Of a DNA stretch of 64,000 nucleotides, positions 1 through 10,974 are shown piece after piece. Position numbers and translations under genes: made by a program. The notes beneath the pieces were generated by a model. It was not told the origin of the DNA. It ran no database searches and was given only the letters and a program-made list of their open reading frames with translations. The stretch is from Squalus acanthias. Lineage: Eukaryota. Each line of letters begins with the position of its first letter. Positions within the stretch are counted from its first letter, which is position 1. Location: positions 25,730,001-25,794,000 of the forward strand of contig CM059448.1 of NCBI GenBank assembly GCA_030390025.1, read 5' to 3'.

Positions 1-176
1 CCTATAATATGTTCCTCAAGCTTGCGTTGAGTTTCATTGGAAGAGTGTAGATGACCAAAGACAGAGGTCAGAGTGGGATGGGAAATTGAAGTGGCAAGCG
101 GCCAGTAGCTCAGGGCTGCACTTGTGGACAGAACGGAGGTGTTTGGCAAAGTAGTCACCGATTTTGTATTTGGTCT
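1..176 (-). mobile_element. Penelope-like retroelement fragment (GIY-YIG endonuclease region), degenerate
   Basis: The reverse complement translates roughly as TKYKIGDYFAKHLRSVHKCSPELLAACHFNFPSHS...NETQRKLEEHII, like the Penelope GIY-YIG C-terminal half. A pLTR-type end (ttcagatgtccagcaccagcagttttt) follows at about 211-250 on +. Confidence 0.75.
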
Positions 177-1570
177 TTATTATTTAGCTTGTCTTTACTA
201 TTTATTTTCTTTCAGATGTCCAGCACCAGCAGTTTTTTTTTTTGCTTTTTGTTTATAAATTAAAGGAATATGGTCACTGCGAGATATTGTTATCTGTGTG
301 TATAAAGAAATATTTCACTAAGCTGTCATTGGTTTCTAATGATAATTTAGTCAGAAGAACTTCCTTTAACTTTACAGACAGGAAAATGTCAGGGAATATT
401 TTGGCAGGCAAATATCAATAAGACTATCAATAAGACCCTGCGCTAAAATCCGAACTGCCATCCTGGCAGCTTCGATGATTTCGTACAGGAGCAGATGCTG
501 TTCTTTTGTGGCAAGAACTCTTGAAGTGCATTTTAGATGTGTGTTTTTTTTGCTTGGGAAAAATAACAGAAGCAATTGTTAACCGTGTCTTCAATTGTGT
601 CATTGTGCACTCCTCTTCAAACTTGTTAATGTTTCTTCACTGACATTTTACTCAATAATATCCCTTCAACAAAGTTTACGCGGACTTCTTAAGTGCTTCA
701 GTCGGACAAGATAAAATAATGTGTGCGATTCCCCATTATCGGACACAATCAAATTAGTATAATTTCAGTGCAGCGATGTCTATGTTCATCGGATTCCCAT
801 TATGCCAGACTGCCGTTACTATTTATTTATGTCAATTGTCAAGATGTGGATTGCTGGCTTTCAATAAAGGCTGAAATTGGTTAGGTGTTGAAAGAGCTCG
901 GATATGCTTTCTCCTATTGTAGTCTGTTGACACTATTGGGAATTGATCTGATAATCCAGTCCTCCACAGATTTATTTTTCCCACAAGGGATTAATATTTT
1001 AGCAGTAGTTCTGAATGCATTTGCAGTGAAACAGGAGGGTTAGATGGGGAGCTTCAGCCCAATAGTTCATCTGAAAGAGCAAAATCAATTAAGACGGTTG
1101 ACTGTGAACATTTATCCCTTTAGCTTCCACTGTTGAATTTTCATGATGGGCTTTGACTCTTTGGAGAGTGCAGAGTTAATGGTAATTGTTCCCTTCTCTT
1201 CAAAATTTATTATCTAGTTCATTCAATGGCAAACACTCCATCAACTAGATTGAGGCCTATGGTTCATTGATAGATCTGCCTTGTGTGGGGCGAACACAGG
1301 GAGTTTTATCACAGATGTCTCGCTTTGAAAGAAAATTAAACAAGTATCTCATTACCAAATGCTTCAGTGGTCCCCGGAGGTGGCCACGGAGGCAGAGTTT
1401 TTAATGAGCTGGGAACTCCGCCAGTGCTAAAGTTTACGGTCTCCCTGCTTTTCTCGGGGAGCATTCGGAAGAGCCCCTCTATTCAGACCTGCTCAGGCAG
1501 AGGAGAAAAGCACCATGCTGATTTCTTCTTTTCAACTCCTAAAGAAGGAGATAATGTACTTTTGTGCAAT

Positions 1571-1734
1571 NNNNNNNNNNNNNNNNNNNNNNNNNNNNNN
1601 NNNNNNNNNNNNNNNNNNNNNNNNNNNNNNNNNNNNNNNNNNNNNNNNNNNNNNNNNNNNNNNNNNNNNNNNNNNNNNNNNNNNNNNNNNNNNNNNNNNN
1701 NNNNNNNNNNNNNNNNNNNNNNNNNNNNNNNNNN
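1571..1734. other. Assembly gap (164 N)
   Basis: Run of n characters. ORFs spanning it are artefacts. Confidence 1.
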
Positions 1735-3487
1735 AGACGTCCTTTCAAACCCAACAATATAGAGGATTGCCATGGTTCATATTGGGATAATCAGTTTAGA
1801 ACATTTGCCTTGCTCCAGAATACAAATTGTATTTGGCATTCCCAGTTAAACGGTTCAAGGGATAATGAGATTAATGTAGTAGTGAATTGAACTAAGCAAA
1901 AGCCTTTTTACAGTGTTGCATAACTAGTTTAGAGGAAACTCGTTTGAAGTTTTGCTTCTTTTTTTTCATACGAGTGCATAACTTTAAACTCAGCCAAGGT
2001 TATGGATGAGGATTGGCTGTGCGCGCACGATCCTAACCCTGACAGAAGCTTGGAACTGAAACAGGCAAGAGCTAAAGCTTCATTGAAAGCTGCAAGGCCC
2101 AGACAGATGAGCGGTCTCAAGCTAGACTTCTTTCCATCTTCTCCATCTGTTCACTGCAGTTTTAATTAAATCTACCGAGAGCTCTCTGGCCTGCTCATGC
2201 AAGGAAAAAGGAGCCTGCTTCAGTGTCCACTTGTCTCTCAATTTTACCATGGGCCGCTAATGAGCCAGGACACGAGGTGGAGTGCATTGGGGCGCTCTCC
2301 GCCATTTGCTCACCGTCATCAGCTGTTAATAAGAGATAAGCAGAAAGCAACAGCAGGCCTGATGTGCTCTTCCACCAAGCAAAACAAACTAATGAAGGAT
2401 TTTCATTTGTGTTCAACATGCTAATGTGAATGACAGGCTTCCAATAACCTTAAAGCGAATTCCAGAAAGCTGTCTATCTGATGAGGACTCTACTGCTGGC
2501 ACATGACACTTCTAATGCTATAATGGCTTTCACGCACATTCTTTTTGAATGCTGTCATATATGAAGATCATGCTCCCCTTCATTTTCTGCAGGCATGTCT
2601 GGAAAAACTATTAAGGCTACGATGGAACTGACAGTTAACCACTGGCCTGTCAATCTCACTTCTCATATCAGCACATCTTTCTGCCCATTAAGAGTTATCA
2701 CTAAACTTCACAAATACCCATCTGACTTAGTACCTCATGTCTAAACATAGTATTAATTGAGTTGCCGATAATCATATTTTGTCATTATATTCTAGATTAT
2801 ATTATGGATATATAACTAAACTCATCCAGAAGTCTGTTCTTTGTATAGCATAAGTACGCAAATTGGAATATTTGGTCAGTAGTCCTGGTGTTGGTAACTC
2901 ATGATACTTTCCCAGTAACATGGGTTTATTATTCTATTAGCTTTACCCCAGACTAGTATGATCTAAATGGGACTGAACCTGAACCTCCCATTTCATGTTG
3001 CGTTCTACACACCACGCACATTATTGAAGTACACGTAAACGTTTGTGTGATGACTTTTCTCTCTTATATGTTGCCTTTTCTGGAGGAACACAGTAAATTG
3101 CTACCAGAAAAAGCAACAGAAAAAGCCAATAAAAAACATTCCAAGTGATCCATCGAATGGAAATTTAGGATTTTTCCAAATGGATCTGAAATGTTCTGAT
3201 TCTAGTTCGGTTTGGATTTTCAACTTGATTTGTTATCAATCCCTAAACAATGTACATCCAAACTGCTCTTGTAGAGATGCAGTTCTTGTTGCCTGAGTAG
3301 TGCTTTCAAACCTTTTCAGGAGTGTTTGGTATTAGCTTATCATTGATACACCCCTAACTAATCTGCGAGTAAATGACAAATCTGGTTCAGTTTAAATCAT
3401 GATGTGGAGATGCCGGCGTTGGACTGGGGTGGACAAAAATGAGAAGTCGCACAACACCAGGTTATAGTCCAACAGATTTATTTAATT

Positions 3488-3525
3488 TTACAAGCTTTCG
3501 GAGCTGTCGCTCCTTCCTCAGGTAA
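3488..3525 (-). ncRNA. Minimal type I hammerhead ribozyme (inverted copy)
   Basis: Exact reverse complement of 4003-4040. Confidence 0.72.
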
Positions 3526-4002
3526 GTTAGCAGTGAGAGAATCTCCCAGAATTCACAATTTAAACACAGACAAAATCTATTCAAATCTTTCCCTACATCA
3601 AGGACACACTAAGAGCACAGCCAAGACAATGAGATGTGTCCCAGGAGGTCCAACGTGTCAAACCACCTGCTGGCTGCATATCATAGAGCAGAAACTGATA
3701 GCCAAGTTCCGCACTCATGAGGATGGCCTCAATCGCGATATCGGGTTCATGTCACGATACAGAACATGACTTGACATCATGGCCGGTCTTCCCAGGTGTT
3801 TTTTTTTTTTTAAAGACTAACACAAGAACCAACACAAATTGACAGGATATGCAGCCAGCAGGTGGTTTGACACGTTGGACCCCCTGGGACACATCTCATT
3901 GTCTTGGCTGTGCTCTTAGTGTGTCCTTGATGTAGGGAAAGATTTGAATAGATTTTGTCTGTGTTTAAATTGTGAATTCTGGGAGATTCTCTCACTGCTA
4001 AC

Positions 4003-4040
4003 TTACCTGAGGAAGGAGCGACAGCTCCGAAAGCTTGTAA
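4003..4040 (+). ncRNA. Minimal type I hammerhead ribozyme (Penelope-associated)
   Basis: ttac CTGAGGA a ggagc-gaca-gctcc GAAA gc tt gtaa. It has the CUGANGA and GAAA core, a 5-bp stem II, a palindromic AGCU helix III and stem I UUAC/GUAA. Confidence 0.75.
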
Positions 4041-4237
4041 AATTAAATAAATCTGTTGGACTATAACCTGGTGTTGTGCGACTTCTCAGTTTAAATCAGA
4101 TCACGATTACTGCACTGTAAAAGTGGGAACAGGTATGTTCAGCAAGGAAGTGACAAAAAAAAAGCCCACAGTTGGTATGGAAACCAAAAGTACTGATACC
4201 AATGATGGAAAGCAAATCAACCCTGATTCCTCAAAGC

Positions 4238-4757
4238 CTTTCCACCATCCACAAACTAAATGCAGGAGGGTGCTGGATTACTCGCCACTTGCCTGGATGG
4301 GTACAGCCACAACAACATTCAAGAAGATAAAAGACCACTCGGGACAAAGCAGTCCATTTGATCGGTGCTCCTGCCACTGAATTAAATATCCACTCCGCCC
4401 ATTACCGGCGCAATGTGTCTGTGGAATGTACTATCTGCAGGGATGCACTGCAGCATCTCGCCAAGCTTACTTCAGCAGGACCTCCCAGCCCCTCAACTTC
4501 AGCAATGTCATGGGAACGCTCATCACCTGCAAATTTCCTTCCAAGTCACACGCCTTCCTGATTTGGACATTGTTTTTTCATTGTTGCTGGGTCAAAATCC
4601 TGGATTTCCTTACTGAACACCATCATTGGGGCACCATCACCACAAGGATTATAGCAGTTCAAGGAGAAGGTCCGCCACCACCTTCTCCGGGCAACTAAGG
4701 ATGGGCAATCAATGTGGCCTTGCCATTGTTGGCCACATCCCGAGAACAAATGCAAAA
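4238..4757 (+). mobile_element. Non-LTR retrotransposon 3' fragment (CR1-group, Zenon-like family)
   Basis: Translates to RRVLDYSPLAWMGTATTTFKK..IGAPATELNIHSAHYRRNV..CTI (RT C-terminal region). Its 3' part is shared with 27281-27525 and 55690-56135. Confidence 0.75.
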
Positions 4758-5399
4758 ATTAGGGATGCCCTTGGCTAGTATCACCTGTATATGTCCACTT
4801 GATGTTTTAGTATAAGGCTTGGTACAGTACTCTTTAAAATGTATCACTTTACTCCAGAAACAAATTCCTTCTAAAAATGAAATAATTTATTGGAACATAT
4901 CTGGCATTAATTCAAAGTACCTCCTCTGGAGTAATCTTCAGTTTTAATTGGAAAAGTTTGATAAAGGAAACAGTCAATTAAAAACATTCCAAATGGGTGT
5001 TCCCATTCTTGTGTTGCAATCCAAATCCTTTGGCAGAACCCCCTTACATTGCAAAATTGACTCATTTTAATTCTGTTTTTGGCTCCGCGGAGACACTAAT
5101 GCACCACAGACAGACAGAGCTGCAGGAATTGTGCAGGAGCACTTCTTTAAAATTTTGAAATGTTTCAGTGACCTCGTCGATGTCATGCAGTTGCTCACAT
5201 TTTAATGGTGCATTTTTAATACGACGTTAAAAAATACTGTTAACAGTAATAAGAAAGTAACCTTCATTTTTGTTTGAGATGAGAAACTACTCCAGACCAT
5301 TAACAGAATTAAAAAGCAAATGTTATCTTCAGTTACAAAGACCTCGGATGCCAAAAACATTTCCTTGGAAAATAATCTATTTCTATCTTTTTTTCATTT

Positions 5400-5803
5400 T
5401 GAGGCAGTAGGTTATGGGTTCAAGCCCCACTCCAGAGACTTGGGTACATCATCTCGACTGACAGTGCAGTACGGAGGGAGTGCTGCGTTGTCGGAGGTGC
5501 TGTTTTTCAGATGAGACATTAAACCAAGGCCCTATCTGCCCCCTCAGGTTGACAAAAAAGATTCTGTAGCATTATTCAAAGAACAGGAGCGTTCTCCCCG
5601 GTGTCCTCAGCAATATTTATCCCTCAACCAACACCACTAAAACAGATTCTCTGGTCATTTATGTTATTGCTATTTGTGGGACCTTGTGTGTAAATTAGCT
5701 GCTGCACTTTTTCCCTGCATTACAACACACAAAAAGTACTACATTAGCTGTGAAGCACTTTGGGACGTCAGAGGAAGTGAAAGGTGCTATATAAACACTT
5801 CCT
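5400..5803 (+). mobile_element. Deu-domain tRNA SINE (SacSINE1-like), degenerate
   Basis: B box gggttcaagccc, then body and tail homologous to the copy at 54659-55126. Confidence 0.8.
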
Positions 5804-7395
5804 AAATGTAGATTCCTTCCTTCCTTCCGGTCATCCATCCATTGTTGCCGGATTGCAATCAGAAGCAGGAACTCTAGCAGATTTCTTTTCCCCTCTTCCT
5901 AACCCAAGGGCGCCAAGTCCATTGGCAGTACCCTTTCAACACCCTGCTGGAGATGATCAAATCTGGGAATGGCCTAATCTGTACAATCCAGCTATTCACT
6001 GCTTAACCAGCTGAGCCAAGAGGGCAGATCTCCTCCTGGCCTGGGCAGCTCAACTTCGGGGTGAACAGTGGCTTTCTCACTGGAGGAGGCTACAATCTTG
6101 TTTAATTGGAAATCTGAAAGTAAGTCATTTAACTTGACAATTTTTTAAAAATCATCCACTTAAGAACCATACAGTCACCGACATTCTGCCTGAGGTGAAA
6201 TTCTGTCCTTTTCTCTACTTTCAACACGGTTTCAAGCTAAGTTTGCGAGGCTGTTCCAAGTACAGCACTAGCAGCTGTTGGGAAGTTCACTGGTTGATAT
6301 AAGCCTTGCCGTTGGCCTCCTCTTCCCCACCGTTCCATCTCTCTCTCTCCAGTCCTGGCATAGTTTTAAACTTCTGAAGATTTTATTTGTTGTGGAGAAC
6401 TTTATGTGCGAGGCTGTTTAATTGGCCTACTTCAGATTAAATTCCATGCTTTAAGACTGTGGATCAGTGTTGTTCCATTAAAAGAAACTCTTATAGTCTT
6501 AAGCGCAGGAGTCATTTTATATATTCAGCTGGGGTTTATTAGAGATTGGAATCCACCACCCACTCCAGTATTTCCTTTAATCCTTCCTCTGGTTTATTTT
6601 ACTCTACTCCTGTGTACTGGAATTTGTGCCATATTTACTGGTGTGTTTTCAATTGAAAAGAAGCCCTCTTTTCATATCTGAAAACAACACAGTATTTTAC
6701 AAGTCTCACTAGGGAAATACAAATTGACAAAAAAATAAACTGGTACATTAAGTTGCCGGTGCTGTAAAAATACTTGTTTAGTATGGCAAAAATATACTGT
6801 AGTTTCTTTCTTCTGCAGTCAATGGGATCTGAAATGTCTCTTGTAATTAGCTACATAAAAATGTATATTTATAGGGTTTAAAGGAATAGTACTGTTTATT
6901 TTTTTTAATGTGTATGATTAGTTATAATATCGTAACTGAGGTTCTTTTCTTTATCCTCTTTTTAAGCTAAATGTTTTCAGGATCGTTGATCCTCCATTAC
7001 TGCTGAGGTCATCTGGGGTCAGCTTAAAGGAAATTGTGGCGGAGGACTTGTTGTTCAAAGTGACTCCTCCGACGTCTATTTTTAAAAAAAAACATATAAA
7101 AATATTTCTTGTTTCTTATAAATAAAATGTCTTACCTTAGAGCCACGTCAGGTTTCTTTCCTTCCAGGCTGCTCTGGTAGTGTGGCTGACGAGGAGAAGG
7201 CCCTGTGCACTCAGGAGTGGTTGGATTCATTTTCACCAGGGTTGTGGCTTCATACCAACCGAGAGGCCCATGTGGATCGACCTGATTGCGAGAAAAACCA
7301 TCCTACCAACGAGGTAGACTGCACACTCAGCAAGTAAAAGCAATGGCATCACTTGAGAATGCAGGCGGCCCACCCCCATCAGTGATGTTACAGGA

Positions 7396-7692
7396 ATCAC
7401 AGAATCACAGAATCCCCACAGTGCAGATAGAGGCCATTTCGGCCCATCGAGCCTGCACCGACACATATCCCACCCTATCCCCGTAACCCCACGTATTTAA
7501 TCCCCCTAACACTAAGGGTCAATTTATCATAGCCAAATCAACCTAACCCGCACATCTTTGGACTATGGGAGGAAACCGGAGCACCCGGAGGAAACCCACG
7601 CAGACATGGGGAGAATGTGCAAACTCCACACAGACAGTCACCCGAGGCCGGATTCGAATCCGGGTCCCTGGCGCTGTGAGGCAACAGTGCTA
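7396..7692 (-). mobile_element. V-SINE (HE1-like shark SINE)
   Basis: V-domain (ggaaaccggagcacccggaggaaacccacgcagacatggggagaatgtgcaaactccacacagac). tRNA head near 7650-7692, CR1/HER1-type tail with gaatcaca repeats, TSD acagga at 7390-7395 and 7693-7698. Confidence 0.9.
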
Positions 7693-7879
7693 ACAGGAGT
7701 GTCTAAGAAGAGAGGAGATTCTGTATGTCAGGCCTTTATTGGAGTATTGTTTTATCAATATAGAGATATAGGCGTACTTTGAAGAAAAAGTACACTCTGT
7801 AGGCTTACCCTTCAGGAGAACAGTGAGCCTGGTTTGATACCAATATATCAGATTTTCTTCTTGATAAAATGACAGATGG

Positions 7880-9202
7880 ATAAAATCACTGTGTGGGGTG
7901 GTACTGAACCATATAGCCCAGGAAGATCTCTGGTTCATTTCCCCCTCTGAGCTGTCTTAACTTACTTCAGACAAGTAGCAGTGGAGGTATTACAATTGAC
8001 TTAACAATCCCCAGGCTAGTCATGGGCGATAAAGCAGTCAGGATTCCTACTCCTGATCGATATCCAATGACTTTGAAATTGGATGTTTGGATGTTGCAAA
8101 GGAGCAGGATCAGGCTTGGCAGTGTTGCTCCCTCGCCCATTGAATGATCTTGTTAATACATCTCTCGAGGCTCATACTGTTTAAAACAAAAAGGCCAGAA
8201 TTTTCTTAAGGGATGCAGGACGGTAGGGGGGGCGCCAGGCGGGGGGGGTGGCCGGGCTGGGGGGGGGGCCGGCCTCCAAGGCGGGCGGGAAACCCGGGAG
8301 GCCTGATCTGAATGAGAGGCCCCGGATTCCCGCCCGCAGCCAGTCAGAGTGAGAGGCTGGTTGGCTGCGGGCGGGTAGGCCTCAGATGCGAGGGGTCGGT
8401 CCAGGGGAGGGATTGCGGAGTTGGCGTGGTCGGGGATCGGTTGGGCGGGATCGCGGAGTTGGCGTGGTCAGGGATCAGTGGGGGAGGTAGGGGATCGGCA
8501 TGGCAGTATCAGAGATTGGGAGCAGTATCTGGGATCGGGGGGGGATTGGTCGGGGGGTCACCGGGGAGGGTGGGGTCGGCCGGGGATCGGGAGGGGGTTG
8601 GAGGATCGGGAGGGGGTGTCGGGGATCGCGGAGGGTAGACGGGGGTGGGGTCAGCCGGAGATCGGCAGGGGGGAGGAGAGAGGATTGGGGCCAGCCTCAG
8701 CATCATTGGTGGGGATGGGGTGGGGAGGCCTCATGTTGGGGATCGGAGGCCTGTGGGAGGGTCTCCGATCGCAGGGGGTGGGTTAGTTAGGGACCCTGGA
8801 TCGAGGAGGTAGGCATAAAGCCACTTACCTCCTGGATGCAGCAGTCCCCGCCTCGGTTTAACTGCCGGTTTTCACGAATTGTGTGAAACCCGTCCACAGG
8901 CAGGTGAAAAAAGCGGCTTTCAGCCTCATTACAATATTTAAATTGATGTACTGCCCCCGAGGAGCCCGCCCGCATCCTGCCTCCGTCAAAACCGGAAGTG
9001 GGTGGGTTGGAGGCGGGATCAGGTCGGGAATCCCATTTTTAACAATTTAACTGCCCCCACGCTCCAAACCCATCCGTATTTTTAGGGGAAAATTCCGGCC
9101 AAAGTACTTATTTGGGTGAGGTACTAGATGGCCGTCGGCATCTGTGAAACTATAACTGAGCAAAACTGACTTCAGGAATGGAGGGGGAACAGAGGAAAAT
9201 TG
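7880..9202 (+). mobile_element. Ancient tRNA-SINE-like repeat split by a MITE (parts 7880-8190 and 9104-9202)
   Basis: Motifs ggattcctactcctgatcg...atccaatgac and tttgggtgaggtactagatggc...cttcaggaatggaggggga recur at about 25780-26150(-), 27530-27760(-), 59270-59830(+) and 63230-64000(-). Confidence 0.6.
8193..9100. mobile_element. Non-autonomous PIF/Harbinger-like DNA transposon (MITE)
   Basis: TIRs ggccagaattttc / gaaaattccggcc, 3-bp TSD aaa, GC-rich interior with ggggatcgg repeats. Confidence 0.8.
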
Positions 9203-9494
9203 AGAGATTAACAGATATCTTGCACATATAGGACAGTAGAAACGATTTGAAACATCTTGTTCCTGAAATCATGGCAGATTGCTCAGGACTCTCCCGATAT
9301 ATGGCATGGATCCCCTGGGCATGATGCTAGCAACCCAGGGAAAATCTTGTGCTTTAAATTTACACCCCCCCCCCCCCCCCCCGTGACATCACTGGCCGTT
9401 GCTGTAGAGAAGCCTCCAGCTCGATGATGTCACCCTCCCCCCTCACCCCACATCCCCTGCCGCCACAGAGCTGGGTGGTGTTTCGGGAACAATT

Positions 9495-10030
9495 GGGAGT
9501 TGGGGGGAGACTGGGGAATCAGGGTCGGAGAGAGGGAGACTGATGAATGGGGGTCAGGGATGGGCAGAGAGGGAGACTGGCGAATCAGGGTTGGGGGATG
9601 GGGAGCGAGGGAGACTGGGGAATGGGCGTTGGGGGATTGGGGAGAGGGGGAGAGAGGGAGACTAGGGGATGGGGGCTCAGGGGAGAGAGGGAGACTGGAG
9701 GATGGGAAGAGAGGGAGAATGGTGGTTGGGAGATGGGTTACAGAGGAGAGAGGGAGACTGGGGGTTGGGTGATGGGGGCTCGGGAGAGAGGGAGACTGGG
9801 GAATGGGGGTGCGGGGGGAGAGGGAGAATGGGGTTTGGGGGTTTGCTGGATGGGGTCGGAGAGAGGGGGAGACTGGGAAATGACGATCGGGGGATTGGGG
9901 TCAGGGAAAGAGGGAGACTGGAATGGGGATCAGGGGAAAGTGGGAGACTGGGGTCGGGATAAACGGGAGACTAGTGGTCTTGGGGCTTGTGCGGAGCAGA
10001 GAGAGGGAGGCTGGGGAATGGGATGGGTGC
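9495..10030 (+). repeat. G-rich degenerate minisatellite (gagagggagactgggg units)
   Basis: More than 10 imperfect copies of gggagactggg. It explains the Gly/Glu/Arg-rich ORFs. Confidence 0.9.
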
Positions 10031-10149
10031 GCTGCAGCAGCAGCAATGAGGTGAGTGGGAGCAGTGCTGAGAGAGGATCAGTCATTAAAGGGGTGAGTGA
10101 AACCTGGGGACTTTACTGTAGGTCAACAGTGAAAGGTTGATTCCACTGA

Positions 10150-10425
10150 TGAGCGAATGGGAAACAAGGGGACGGAGTCTGAGGATTCTCACTGGAAGGG
10201 AGAAGGAAGGTTCTTGAACTGAGGACTATTAGATCATGGGATATTTCATCGCAAGTGAGCTATTGAGGTAGAGACAAGACACCATTTAAAAGGGAATAGG
10301 AAAAGAATTTGAATAAGAGGAACATAAAAAGATCTGTGAGGGATGGGACGGGGTTACAGGAGTGAGCGCCAGCACTGGCAAAGACTCTGGGGGTTGAATG
10401 GCCTCTTCCTGTGCTGAAATTTCTA
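10150..10425 (+). mobile_element. Old CR1 3' fragment
   Basis: Ends in ggggttgaatggcctcttcctgtgctgaaatttcta, a CR1 3' terminus motif. Highly diverged. Confidence 0.55.
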
Positions 10426-10974
10426 ACACGAGATGAAAACTGTCCTTTATTGAGTCCGAGCCCAGGGAGTGATTCAGAAATGTTGGTGCTGAGCTGAGTT
10501 TAGGACGATGTGCCCCAAACATTGAGCCCTCTGACCTTTGTGCGCTCTCTTGGTATGGTTCAAGTCAGTCTGTGCTGGCTGATTTTGATGTGTGAAGCCT
10601 AAGTAGCTCTGACTGAGGCTCCCAGTTCAGAGATGTCACCTTCACACACAACCAGAGTACAAACCAGAGTACAGAGTGTTAGGGAGTGAAATCGGGCCTG
10701 TTAAAAGTGGCATCGACTAGGGAGCCTGACCTCACCTTGTGCAGTGCAGAGTGATTGTGGCTGTAGTTTCAGGCTGAATCTCAGCAGGTTATAGGATTAC
10801 TATGAGTTAAAAGTAAGATATTGAGGCGTTACACCCATTACTACCAGTTACATACAGATTTACAGTGAGTTACATTATTGATTATGAGGGGAATCTGAGT
10901 GTTACTAGTATTACGATTAGCTATCAGTACAATTTCAGTGAGTTACTATTAGTTACTGGTGGAGTCAAAGTTCT

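Larger units (their letters stand above)
3400..4088 (+). mobile_element. Penelope-like retroelement, 5'-truncated, with inverted pLTR
   Basis: Inverted arms at 3440-3682 and 3846-4088. The internal segment 3680-3769 encodes IIEQKLIAKFRTHEDGLNRDIGFMSRYRT* (Penelope GIY-YIG C-terminus). Flanking direct repeat tcagtttaaatca at 3387-3399 and 4086-4098. Confidence 0.9.
3440..4088. repeat. 243-bp near-perfect inverted repeat with 163-bp spacer
   Basis: 3440-3682 is the reverse complement of 3846-4088, with one mismatch seen by eye. The same peptide MRESPRIHNL... appears on both strands in the ORF track. Confidence 0.95.

Noticed and set aside
1367-1890. ORFs spanning the N run
   Set aside because: They are open only because of the assembly gap.
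3533-3995. Identical peptide ORFs on both strands (MRESPRIHNL...)
   Set aside because: A consequence of the inverted pLTR. Only the IIEQKL... tail is real transposon protein.
7168-7312. + strand exon candidate (ccttccag|GCTGC...ACGAG|gtagac)
   Set aside because: Weak donor and no similarity to AUTS2-family protein. The - strand signals look stronger.
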